From Candidatus Nomurabacteria bacterium (lineage in GTDB: Bacteria; Patescibacteriota; Minisyncoccia; Phycocordibacterales; UBA5272): 64,000 nucleotides of DNA. A model generated the notes under the pieces. The model was given only the letters and a program-made list of their open reading frames with translations, was not told the DNA's origin and ran no database searches. The stretch is from assembly GCA_037130925.1 (NCBI GenBank), contig JBAXSC010000004.1:4156-68155 (forward strand), read 5' to 3'. Made by a program: the position numbers and the translations under genes. Shown here one piece after another: positions 38,036-47,465 of this stretch (positions within the stretch are counted from its first letter, which is position 1; the number at the start of each line of letters is the position of its first letter).

Positions 38036-39148
38036 TTATCCAAACGGATTTGCTGTACCACGAGTCTCAAAGTGAAGATGAGGACCAGTACTTTTTCCAG
38101 TATTTCCTGTTGCGCCCATAACTTGCCCTTGAGAAACTCTTTGTCCAACTGTCACATTTATCTGTGAAAGGTGAGCATAGATTGTCTGTGTACCATTTGG
38201 ATGAGAAATAATAATGACAGAACCATATCCTCCATTGTATCCACCGAGAGTTGCACGGATAACTGTACCATCTGCAGCCGCAGAAACAGGTGTACCGATA
38301 GGACAGCCAAAATCAACAGCAGAATGATAAGGACCATGCAATCCTTGAGTCTCAACACAATTCAAAGGCCTCATAAAATATCCAGCAATAGAGTTAACTT
38401 TGTATTTTGGTAAATTAGCTTTTTTATTAACAACTTTTCCTTTACTATTTTTCTTTGGCACTACTTCAGTCTGTGTTTGACCTTCAGCATCTGGAATAAA
38501 CACAGTATCTCCCTTATCAAGACTAGAGTCTAAAGCAATACCATTATATTCTACTATTTCATTCGCATCTGCATTATATTTTTTAGCAATAGCAGAAATA
38601 CTAATAGAAGATTTTGCAGTATATTGTATCCCTGTAATAGGAAATATCAAAAGAGAGCCACCCGGTGTGAGCTTTTTACTTTTTAAATTGTTAGCCCAAA
38701 TAATAGTATTCTTACTAACACCGAAAAGTGAAGCCACCGTATCTAGAGTATCTCCTGTTTTTATCTCATAAAGCGAAATAGTATCATTCACAGGCTTTTC
38801 TTTTTCTGTAGAAAGACGCATTGGACCAGACTGAACGTTTAATGAACCATCTTCATTTATATCTATCTGATTTTCATCGTCAGAATTATCTGAATTACTT
38901 TTTGAATTTGAAGATGAAGAATCCACAGAAACAAAAGAATTTAAAGTTGGCTTTAATAAATCATTATCTGAAAGTGAAGATTTTGAAGGAATCTCTTGAG
39001 AGAAAGTATTATTAGTAAATAAATTTATTATATTATCTATAATACTAGCCTTTGCTGAAAAAATATTGAATATAAAATATACAATAAGAAAACAAAAGAA
39101 GGTAAAGAAAATCCAGAAAGGCTTACTTGATTGATTGTTTACTGTCAT
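38036..39148 (-). CDS. LysM-domain M23 peptidoglycan endopeptidase
   Basis: N-terminal TM helix, two LysM repeats (YEIKTGDTLDTVASLFGVS; YTAKSSISISAIAKKYNAD) and M23 motifs HSAVDF and GPHLHFE. Confidence 0.9.
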   Translation of the reverse strand: MTVNNQSSKPFWIFFTFFCFLIVYFIFNIFSAKASIIDNIINLFTNNTFSQEIPSKSSLSDNDLLKPTLNSFVSVDSSSSNSKSNSDNSDDENQIDINEDGSLNVQSGPMRLSTEKEKPVNDTISLYEIKTGDTLDTVASLFGVSKNTIIWANNLKSKKLTPGGSLLIFPITGIQYTAKSSISISAIAKKYNADANEIVEYNGIALDSSLDKGDTVFIPDAEGQTQTEVVPKKNSKGKVVNKKANLPKYKVNSIAGYFMRPLNCVETQGLHGPYHSAVDFGCPIGTPVSAAADGTVIRATLGGYNGGYGSVIIISHPNGTQTIYAHLSQINVTVGQRVSQGQVMGATGNTGKSTGPHLHFETRGTANPFG

Positions 39149-39400
39149 AGTTTAAGAAAGAAATAATATTTTATAAATAAATATCTATAAATTACACTCC
39201 TTTTACCCAAAAACATTAGTATTTATAAGGGTATTTTTAACTAACCCATTATACCATATTGGATATTTTAAATAAAACTTAAAATTAAAATAATTTAACA
39301 ATAAATATCCACAACATTTTATTTAAAAAATTAAAATATTTAATATTAAATAAAATAATTATGATATAATCAAAACATATAAAAATCTATTTAAATATTT

Positions 39401-40396
39401 ATGAATAATAATATTGAAAATTTTGATAGAGATGAACTCTTAGACATAAAAAGTCCATATATTAAAAATAATATATATGGTATTGATGAAGTCAGAGAAA
39501 GAATCGCTAAAAGAGCTTCTGGAGAACATGAATATAATGTTGATAATTTTTTGTCTGTAAATAAAGAATTAGAAAAAGGGGGAAGCGACACTTTACTTCG
39601 CCAAAAAATAACTAATGTTTCCAAAAAAATAGTGGGGGAAGAGATTAAAAAATTTGCTGAAATAGCCGGAAGAGAAATTTCTAATGAATTTGAAAATTTA
39701 GAAAATAGACTTGGAATCAAATTAAAAGAGAATCTTGACACTAAGATCAATTCTGAAATATTAAAACTTAATACTTTATTAGCAGATATGGAAAGCAGAA
39801 TAAAAGATTTAGAAATTTACTCTTTTACAAAAGAAAAAATGATTCCTGAAAAAGAAGAAATCGTTGAAGAGTATCAAAACGAAGACTATGTATTTGTATT
39901 GAATGAAAACAAAAAAACTGAGATAAAAAAAGAAGAAGAAATAGTAAATATAATCCCAGAAGTAATAGAAGAAGAAATTATTCCAATAGAAATAAAAATT
40001 CAAAAAGAAAAAAAGATTACTCCAAATAAAGAAGAAGAAAGTAAAGAAGAAATTCAAATCAAAGAAGATTCTAGAAGAAATAAATATAAAAACTTAGCAA
40101 ACAGAGAAGAAGAAGAGAAATATATAAATGAACAAATAAAAAATATCTCTAGTCAGTTTGAAAAAGAAGGAGCCTTTTTTAAGAAAAATACTTTTACTTC
40201 TAAAATAAAAGATTTAAATGTAGAAGAATTTTTAAATGAACCAGAAGACATTGATATAGATAAAAAAGATAAAGAAAAAATCTATGAGATCTTGATAACC
40301 TTAATGGATTCACTAAATATAGATCCAAATGAAAACGATGATATAGAGAATTTTTTGAAAAAAGCATTCCAAAAAGAATATCAATTAAAAAATTAA
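39401..40396 (+). CDS. Glu/Lys-rich coiled-coil protein, hypothetical
   Basis: ORF only; low-complexity acidic repeats. Confidence 0.4.
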   Translation: MNNNIENFDRDELLDIKSPYIKNNIYGIDEVRERIAKRASGEHEYNVDNFLSVNKELEKGGSDTLLRQKITNVSKKIVGEEIKKFAEIAGREISNEFENLENRLGIKLKENLDTKINSEILKLNTLLADMESRIKDLEIYSFTKEKMIPEKEEIVEEYQNEDYVFVLNENKKTEIKKEEEIVNIIPEVIEEEIIPIEIKIQKEKKITPNKEEESKEEIQIKEDSRRNKYKNLANREEEEKYINEQIKNISSQFEKEGAFFKKNTFTSKIKDLNVEEFLNEPEDIDIDKKDKEKIYEILITLMDSLNIDPNENDDIENFLKKAFQKEYQLKN

Positions 40397-40402
40397 AAAG
40401 TG

Positions 40403-40411
40403 TGATAAAAT
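40403..40411 (+). promoter_or_regulatory. Extended -10 (TGaTAAAAT) placed 6 nt before the ATG (leaderless geometry)
   Basis: Hexamer at 40406-40411, ATG at 40418. Confidence 0.55.
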
Positions 40412-40417
40412 ATTTCA

Positions 40418-42457
40418 ATGCAAAATATTTTATTAAACGAAAAACAATTAGAAGCGGTACAAACTATAAATGGACCGCTTTTAATTTTAGCTGGCGCTGG
40501 TGCCGGAAAGACAAAAACAATAGTTGAAAGAGTTATTCAAATAATCAAAAGCGGAGTTGAACCACAAAACATTTTGTGCGTGACTTTTACAAATAAAGCA
40601 GCAAAAGAAATGCTTGAAAGAGTCTTAATTCGCATGCAAGAAGAAAATTTAATAGAAAAATTTTCTGACCCATTAGAGTTCAAAGTCTATAATAGATTTG
40701 ATACACCAACAATTAAAACTTTCCACTCATTAGGTTTAATGATATTAAAAGAGCACGGCAAAGAGTTAGGCTTTGGTAAAAATTTATCAATTCTAGATTC
40801 TTCAGATACTAGTAGTTTAATAAAAAATATTTTAGTCGGACTTAATCTTGATCCAAAAATTCACGATGCAGGAAAAATTAAAAATGCCATCAGCCGTGAA
40901 AAATCAAACTGGCAATCTGTAGAAGACTTCACCAAAAAAGTTGCTAGCTACAACATGGAAATAATAGAGAAAGTTTGGAGACAATACGAAATAGAATTAA
41001 GAAAGCAGGGAGCCGCAGACTTTGATGATTTAATTATCAAAACAGTTGAACTCCTTCAGTCAAATAAAAACGTAAGAGAATATTATAAAAACAGATTTAA
41101 ATATATTCATATAGACGAGTATCAAGACACAAATAATTCTCAATACGAATTAATTAAAAGCCTTGTTGATACAAATACTCAAAATCTCTGCGTAGTGGGA
41201 GACATAGATCAAAATATTTATTCTTGGAGAGGAGCAAATCTAAAAAACATTTTGCATTTTGAAAAAGATTTTGTTGGAGCAAAGACTATTTTGCTAGAAG
41301 AAAATTACAGATCAACTCAAAATATTTTAGCCCTCGCGAATGTTTCTATTCAAAAAAATAAAGCACGTTTTCCAAAAAATCTTTTTACAAATAAAAAAGA
41401 AGGTGAGACAATTGAAGTTTGTCCAACTTTTGACGAAAAAGCAGAAGCTGATTTTGTTGCTAAAAAAATAATAGAATTAAAAGAAAAAGGCGAAGACTTA
41501 AAAGAAATAGCAATACTTTTTAGAACTAATTTTCAATCTCGTATACTGGAAGAGGGTATGATTAAAAATGCTATACCTTATAATTTATTAGGTACAAAAT
41601 TCTTTGAAAGAAAAGAAGTAAAAGACGCAATGAGCTATTTACGCGCAAGTCAAAATAGAAATAATTTAGCCGACCTAAAAAGAGTTTTTGACACACCTAA
41701 AAAAGGAATAGGGAAAACAACTGTAGCAAAAATATTTGCAGGACAAGAAAATGAATTATCTTTTACTGTACTTGAAAAAGTTAGAAACGTTTATAATTTC
41801 TTAGACAAAATAGACGAAGCCATAAAAACAGGAAGTAAAAAATTAAGCGAAGTTATGAATATGATAATAGTAGACTCTGGAATGGAAAAAGAATTCATGG
41901 ATGGTACAAGTGAAGATAAAGATAGATTAGAAAATATAAGAGAGCTCGTAACTATCACTAAAAAATTCGATACTATAAATACAGAAGAAGCTTTAGAATT
42001 ATTTGTCGAAGAGTCTTCTCTTAAGAGCGATCAAGATGATAATGACGAAAATAAAAATGGTGTGAGACTCATGACTATTCACGCATCAAAAGGATTGGAA
42101 TTTAATTATATATTTCTTGTCGGACTAGAGCAAGATCTTTTCCCTCATGCAGATATTGGAAATAAGAAAAAAAGTTTAGAAGAAGAGGAAGAGGAAAGAA
42201 GATTATTTTATGTAGCCGTCACAAGAGCAAGAAGAAAATTATATTTATGTTTTGCAGAAATGAGAACAATATATGGTGATAAAAAAATAAATTTACCAAG
42301 TGACTTTTTAGAAGACGTAAATGATCTAGAAGAAAGCCAAGTGACTCATAATGAAATTTATTATCAAGATAATCTTAATAAAGACTTTTTAAATAAAAAG
42401 AAAAATTGGGACTTTGCAGATGATGACTGGTTTGATGAAGATGTGGTAGAATTCTAA
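40418..42457 (+). CDS. pcrA: UvrD/PcrA-family DNA helicase
   Basis: GAGAGKTKT, DEYQDTN, ENYRST, IHASKGLEF and VAVTRAR. Confidence 0.9.
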   Translation: MQNILLNEKQLEAVQTINGPLLILAGAGAGKTKTIVERVIQIIKSGVEPQNILCVTFTNKAAKEMLERVLIRMQEENLIEKFSDPLEFKVYNRFDTPTIKTFHSLGLMILKEHGKELGFGKNLSILDSSDTSSLIKNILVGLNLDPKIHDAGKIKNAISREKSNWQSVEDFTKKVASYNMEIIEKVWRQYEIELRKQGAADFDDLIIKTVELLQSNKNVREYYKNRFKYIHIDEYQDTNNSQYELIKSLVDTNTQNLCVVGDIDQNIYSWRGANLKNILHFEKDFVGAKTILLEENYRSTQNILALANVSIQKNKARFPKNLFTNKKEGETIEVCPTFDEKAEADFVAKKIIELKEKGEDLKEIAILFRTNFQSRILEEGMIKNAIPYNLLGTKFFERKEVKDAMSYLRASQNRNNLADLKRVFDTPKKGIGKTTVAKIFAGQENELSFTVLEKVRNVYNFLDKIDEAIKTGSKKLSEVMNMIIVDSGMEKEFMDGTSEDKDRLENIRELVTITKKFDTINTEEALELFVEESSLKSDQDDNDENKNGVRLMTIHASKGLEFNYIFLVGLEQDLFPHADIGNKKKSLEEEEEERRLFYVAVTRARRKLYLCFAEMRTIYGDKKINLPSDFLEDVNDLEESQVTHNEIYYQDNLNKDFLNKKKNWDFADDDWFDEDVVEF

Positions 42458-43317
42458 TTTTCTAAATTTTTGAGAGTATATCCTTTTACTTGAGAAGGAT
42501 CAAATTTTATTGTTTTATCATCACCAGAAGATTCTAGTCTTTTAAATTCTTTACTATATCTATATCTGGCATTTTTATTATTTTTAAAATTTCTCTCATA
42601 CTCTTCGACGGTCTTCTTTAAAAGCCACTCTTCTGCTTTTGGATGTAAATTTTTAGTATATTTAACATTAACTGCCACAAAACCATCTCTATAACCATTA
42701 TCTATACCCATACCAGTCCAACCAGCTACAGCTACAAGGTATTTTCCATGAAATTCTTTCATAATTCCTTTATACTCATAAATAAAAGTGAAAGGCGTTG
42801 CTATACCAGCCTCTTTCCGCGCTTTAAAAAAAGAATCTTCACGAACGTCAAGATTTTCACCAGAATCTTCATTTTTTATTTTATCTATCAAAGTATTACC
42901 TCTTCCTGATCCTCCATTAGAATATACTTCAATATCAAATATCTTCTCTAAATACTGTTCATCTTCTTTTGTAAATTCTAAATTATTTTTTTCTATTTTA
43001 TTATTGACTAAATATTTATCATCATTTGTTTGTTTGGATTCTTTTATATCTATGCTCTTTATATTAGAATCATCATTATTTGAAATCTCTTTTAATTTTG
43101 TTACCAATTTAGCAATAATTGGATAATCTAATTTTCTAATTTTTAAAAACAATTCCTTATCTTTAGGTTTTGTAAATACGTCAGAAATACCTTTAAAATA
43201 CAAACCCATGTCAGATATAAATTTTTGTTTATCTTGTTTCTCTAATTTTTCAAAATAAGAAATAGCTTCTTCTCTAACACTTATTATCCCATTTTTCTTT
43301 TCCATTCCACTCGTCAT
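42454..43317 (-). CDS. Hypothetical protein
   Basis: 287-aa ORF. It is convergent with the helicase gene and overlaps its stop by 4 nt. Confidence 0.45.
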   Translation of the reverse strand: MTSGMEKKNGIISVREEAISYFEKLEKQDKQKFISDMGLYFKGISDVFTKPKDKELFLKIRKLDYPIIAKLVTKLKEISNNDDSNIKSIDIKESKQTNDDKYLVNNKIEKNNLEFTKEDEQYLEKIFDIEVYSNGGSGRGNTLIDKIKNEDSGENLDVREDSFFKARKEAGIATPFTFIYEYKGIMKEFHGKYLVAVAGWTGMGIDNGYRDGFVAVNVKYTKNLHPKAEEWLLKKTVEEYERNFKNNKNARYRYSKEFKRLESSGDDKTIKFDPSQVKGYTLKNLEN

Positions 43318-43362
43318 ATATTTTATATGTTATTATATTAAAATTATATCATTTATACCTTT

Positions 43363-44148
43363 ATGAAACCCAAAAAATCTCTTGGTCAAAATTTCTTAAC
43401 AAATCAAAAAGCTGTATTAGAAATAATAAATGCTGGGGAAATTAAAAAAGGAGAAAATATACTCGAAATAGGCCCAGGAAAGGGAGCTTTAACAGAAAAA
43501 CTGCTAGAAACAGGAGGAAAAGTCTTAGCAATTGAAAAAGATAGGGAATTAATATGGTTTTTAAATGAAAAATTTGCCAAAGAGATTGAAAAAGGGGATT
43601 TAATAGTAAAAGAAGGAGATATTTTAGAAATTGACCCAAAAAATCTATTTAAAAATCAAGAATACAAGATAATAGCCAATATTCCATACTATATAACAGG
43701 AGCAATCATAGAAAAATTCCTATCAACCGACACAAAACCTTTAAAAATGGTACTTTTGATACAAAAAGAAGTGGCTGAGAGAATGGTAGCAAGAGATAAA
43801 AAAGAATCAATACTGTCTTTAGCGACAAAATTTTATGGAATACCAAAGTTAGTCTATAGAGTATCGGCTGGTTCTTTTTTCCCAAAACCAAAAGTTGATA
43901 GCGCTGTAATATCTATAAATATAAACAATACAAAAGTAGATAAAAAAGAAGAAGAATTATATTTAAATATAGTTAAGAAATCTTTTGCACATAAAAGAAA
44001 AATGATGCTTGGTAATCTAAAAAATGAAATCAAAACTGTAAACTGGGAAAATATATTTGAAAAATTAAAAATAAATCCAAAAATAAGAGGAGAGGATTTA
44101 ACAAAAGAAGATTTCCTTAAAATAACTAAAGAGATTTTAAACAAATAA
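43363..44148 (+). CDS. rsmA: 16S rRNA dimethyladenosine transferase RsmA/KsgA
   Basis: LGQNFL, EIGPGKGALT and ANIPYYIT. Confidence 0.9.
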   Translation: MKPKKSLGQNFLTNQKAVLEIINAGEIKKGENILEIGPGKGALTEKLLETGGKVLAIEKDRELIWFLNEKFAKEIEKGDLIVKEGDILEIDPKNLFKNQEYKIIANIPYYITGAIIEKFLSTDTKPLKMVLLIQKEVAERMVARDKKESILSLATKFYGIPKLVYRVSAGSFFPKPKVDSAVISININNTKVDKKEEELYLNIVKKSFAHKRKMMLGNLKNEIKTVNWENIFEKLKINPKIRGEDLTKEDFLKITKEILNK

Positions 44149-44231
44149 TATTTTTACAAATATTCAAATATCTTTTCATGATACAATATATTTAAAATTG
44201 GTGATTATTAAATTTTAACAATTATAAATAT

Positions 44232-45167
44232 ATGGAAACAAAAGATAGTTTTATAGATAAAATACGATACATTTTAGCAAATGTAAGTATAAAAACTTAT
44301 ATCTACGGAATAGCAACAATAGGTGTGATAATTTTTATTGTTCTTCAAACAAAAAACAATACAAATACTTATTTAATAAAAAATAGTAGTGGAACAACAC
44401 AGTGTAGAGACATGTATGGAAATGTTATAACACTAGATCCTAGTGATAGCACCCAAGGATGCGTAGATATTTTTGCGGCAGCAAAAGATTTTGGAATCAA
44501 CCTAAGTAATTCTTCAGATAATTCTACGAGTCAAACTGATTATGTAAATAATACTGATAATAATCTAACAAATGACATATCTGTAGATTTGATAATGACC
44601 AATTTATACTTAAAACAAAATGGAATAACTGACAATGTAACTAGAGGAAAAGTTCTTGCTAATATTACAACTAGATATATTAATCAAGTTAGCAAAGACA
44701 AATATATTTTAAATGACTTAAATATAACAAGAGGAGAAGATGCTGATTCTTATCAAAAATATTATAACGATATATCAAACACTCTTCTTAAATACAGAAA
44801 AGATACTAAATCTAATAGCGGGTCTATTAATATAACAAAATCAAAACTTAATCCTGACGGATCACTACCAACAGCTGTTGTAAATCAAATTAACCAATTA
44901 AAAGACACAAACTCTGGAGTAATAAATTCTTTAATATCTATACCGGCTACACAAAAAGGGTCTGAGGCTCAACTAAATTTAATAAATTTATTTAATAAAC
45001 AAAATACATATCTAGATTCATTGATAACTTGGCAAAAAGATCCGGCTAAATATTTAATTTTAAATAATAATAATGATTATTTTAATAAATTTAATACTGA
45101 TTTTAATAGTAATATAGATGATCTAATTAATTATTTTAAAAGTCTTAATATAACAGAAATAAAATAA
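44232..45167 (+). CDS. T4SS-like cluster gene 1: N-terminally anchored Asn-rich protein, unknown function
   Basis: TM helix IYGIATIGVIIFIVL. No motif recognised. A TGaTACAAT promoter lies at 44179-44187. Confidence 0.5.
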   Translation: METKDSFIDKIRYILANVSIKTYIYGIATIGVIIFIVLQTKNNTNTYLIKNSSGTTQCRDMYGNVITLDPSDSTQGCVDIFAAAKDFGINLSNSSDNSTSQTDYVNNTDNNLTNDISVDLIMTNLYLKQNGITDNVTRGKVLANITTRYINQVSKDKYILNDLNITRGEDADSYQKYYNDISNTLLKYRKDTKSNSGSINITKSKLNPDGSLPTAVVNQINQLKDTNSGVINSLISIPATQKGSEAQLNLINLFNKQNTYLDSLITWQKDPAKYLILNNNNDYFNKFNTDFNSNIDDLINYFKSLNITEIK

Positions 45168-45172
45168 AAAAT

Positions 45173-47404
45173 ATGAAAATAAAAATTAAATTATACACAC
45201 CAATATTACTTTTAATTATTTTATCTTTTAGCATAAAAGTATCTGCTCAATCTACTGTGACATGTACAGCTGTAGGATACGGATCTTGTGTGGCACCAAA
45301 TATTGCCAGCCAAACTACCTCAGACAAAATCAAATCTAGATTAGATGATGTAAAAGAAAACACAAAAGGTACAAAAGAAAACACAAAAACAACAATAGAT
45401 AAATTACAAACAATAATTGATAATTATAATAATTCACTAAAAGCTCAGAAGCTAACAGCTGAAAAACTAAAAACAGCAGGATCAATAGTCGCAAAAAATC
45501 TAGAAGGACCCAAAAAAACTTCAGTGAACCCAATGACTAATGGATCTCAAGTAGTCACAGACCTTAGTGGATATATAAGTAATAATGGAGAAAATGCTGT
45601 ACGTACAGTGCTTGAAAATCAAGCTACAGACTCATCCTCAAATCCTTATCTTAGTGACGCATCAAAAACCACCGTACAAAATCTAAGAACATCAAGTAAT
45701 GACCAAATAACTGTTCAGCTCCCATATGTAGCTCAAAATGAGATTTGTAACGATCCAAAATTAAAAGATGTCATTAAAAATGGGGAACCAAGTAATTGGG
45801 TAAAACCGAAACCGGCATTAAAAAATGTTGATATGAACAAATTGTGTAATGCTGATCTGGCGACTGATAAAAATTCCCAAGCTGCATTGATAGCTGTAGC
45901 AGAAGCTGGATACGGAGGAACAAGAACAGGTATCGCATTATCAGATCCCGCAAATACTCCTTCAGCAGTACAACAACAACTACAACAACAGATAGACAAA
46001 AAATCTGCAGCTGCAGAAGCAGATGCTACGAATCAATATTTAAGCAATGGTGGAGTAATAGGAAACCAAACATGTTTAGATAAAAATGGAAAAGTGAAAA
46101 ACATTGATGCTACAAATCCAAATAATTCTTATTGTGACAAAATTGTAAATGCTTCGATAGCTGATACAGGATCTTCTATAAGATCACAACTCGATGCGGC
46201 AAGTAATAGTGGGTATTATGCTTTATCCTCAATGGCTGATGTTCCTGCGAACGACAGTCCAACAAACACATCCTCTTCAGACACATCTTCTTCAGCAACA
46301 GCAGCTAACGATCCTACAGACGTATCCTTTTCTGGAATTTTAGATTCTATTTTACAAAAAGGTGACGGTGCCTTGGAAGATTACGCATATACAAAATATG
46401 CATCTTATACAGATTCTTTAACAAAAATAGAAAATCAAGCTGCTGCTCTCAATGACCAATACAATAATACAAATTTATTTAACAATATAATTGATGGAGT
46501 AAGCCCAGATTTAAACAAAGTACCAGATATGATAACTGTGTATAAAGATTTAAGATCTATCAATATAGAAAAATTAAATACAGAAGTCTATACATATGCA
46601 TTAGTAGAAACAGCTCTTGGATTTGAAAAAGTTCATACTGACAGTCTAAAAGCTCAAGCAGCTGCCATTATAGTAAAACAACTTGCCAATTCAATGATCG
46701 TAGGCATATCACCAACTTCAATACTCAGCTCTGTACAAAGCGGATCTATTCCTTCTGGATCAATACCAAAAGCTCTTCAAGATGAGATAGATAATGGAAA
46801 TAATACAATAAAAGGTTTTGATACGGCGAAAAATAATTTAGGAAATGAAATAAAAGATCTCATAAAGCAAATGAGTTTGAATAACTATAAAGAACAACAA
46901 CTAAATAAGGTGGAAGGATTTGTAAAAAATAATTCTTCCTCAACTGATATAAATAATTTCTTAACTCAAACATTGACTGGAACATTGACACAAAATGATG
47001 CAGACAAAATATCCAGTGATTGGTCTAATGCGCCTACAAGTCTCGATCCTAATACAGATGAATCTAGTTCTGCGTATTTTATTCCATCAAAAGAAATTAT
47101 AATTTCACCTTTTTCACAAGACACATTAACAAATCTAAGATTAAAAGCTTACAAACTTACAGAAAAATATAATTCTGAAGATCCTTGTACTGTTTATAAA
47201 AAATACCTAGGACAAAAAATGTTTAATTCTGAAAGCTGTGGAAATCTTTCTGGCCTCTTTGATAACTTTGGTATAAGCAATCTCGCAAATTTCTTCCCAG
47301 ACCTTCCAAGGGGAAATTATACAAATTTGATAGACGTTAATGATTCTATAAATTATACAGCTTCAGATTTTTGTAAAAAAACTGGAATAAATATCTGTAA
47401 ATAA
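45173..47404 (+). CDS. T4SS-like cluster gene 2: large secreted protein, unknown function
   Basis: Signal peptide MKIKIKLYTPILLLIILSFSIKVSAQS. Cys clusters occur near both termini. 743 aa. The start is 5 nt after the previous stop. Confidence 0.55.
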   Translation: MKIKIKLYTPILLLIILSFSIKVSAQSTVTCTAVGYGSCVAPNIASQTTSDKIKSRLDDVKENTKGTKENTKTTIDKLQTIIDNYNNSLKAQKLTAEKLKTAGSIVAKNLEGPKKTSVNPMTNGSQVVTDLSGYISNNGENAVRTVLENQATDSSSNPYLSDASKTTVQNLRTSSNDQITVQLPYVAQNEICNDPKLKDVIKNGEPSNWVKPKPALKNVDMNKLCNADLATDKNSQAALIAVAEAGYGGTRTGIALSDPANTPSAVQQQLQQQIDKKSAAAEADATNQYLSNGGVIGNQTCLDKNGKVKNIDATNPNNSYCDKIVNASIADTGSSIRSQLDAASNSGYYALSSMADVPANDSPTNTSSSDTSSSATAANDPTDVSFSGILDSILQKGDGALEDYAYTKYASYTDSLTKIENQAAALNDQYNNTNLFNNIIDGVSPDLNKVPDMITVYKDLRSINIEKLNTEVYTYALVETALGFEKVHTDSLKAQAAAIIVKQLANSMIVGISPTSILSSVQSGSIPSGSIPKALQDEIDNGNNTIKGFDTAKNNLGNEIKDLIKQMSLNNYKEQQLNKVEGFVKNNSSSTDINNFLTQTLTGTLTQNDADKISSDWSNAPTSLDPNTDESSSAYFIPSKEIIISPFSQDTLTNLRLKAYKLTEKYNSEDPCTVYKKYLGQKMFNSESCGNLSGLFDNFGISNLANFFPDLPRGNYTNLIDVNDSINYTASDFCKKTGINICK

Positions 47405-47418
47405 ATTTAAAAAGAAAA

Positions 47419-47449
47419 ATAACTGTCACAAAATGACAGTTATTTTTTT
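47419..47449 (+). terminator. Internal terminator/attenuator hairpin within the cluster
   Basis: ATAACTGTCA-caaaa-TGACAGTTAT followed by TTTTTT. Confidence 0.7.
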
Positions 47450-47450
47450 A

Positions 47451-47459
47451 TGATACAAT
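47451..47459 (+). promoter_or_regulatory. Extended -10 (TGaTACAAT) placed 6 nt before the ATG (leaderless geometry)
   Basis: Hexamer at 47454-47459, ATG at 47466. The same ATGATACAATATAT string occurs at 44178-44191. Confidence 0.55.
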
Positions 47460-47465
47460 ATATCA

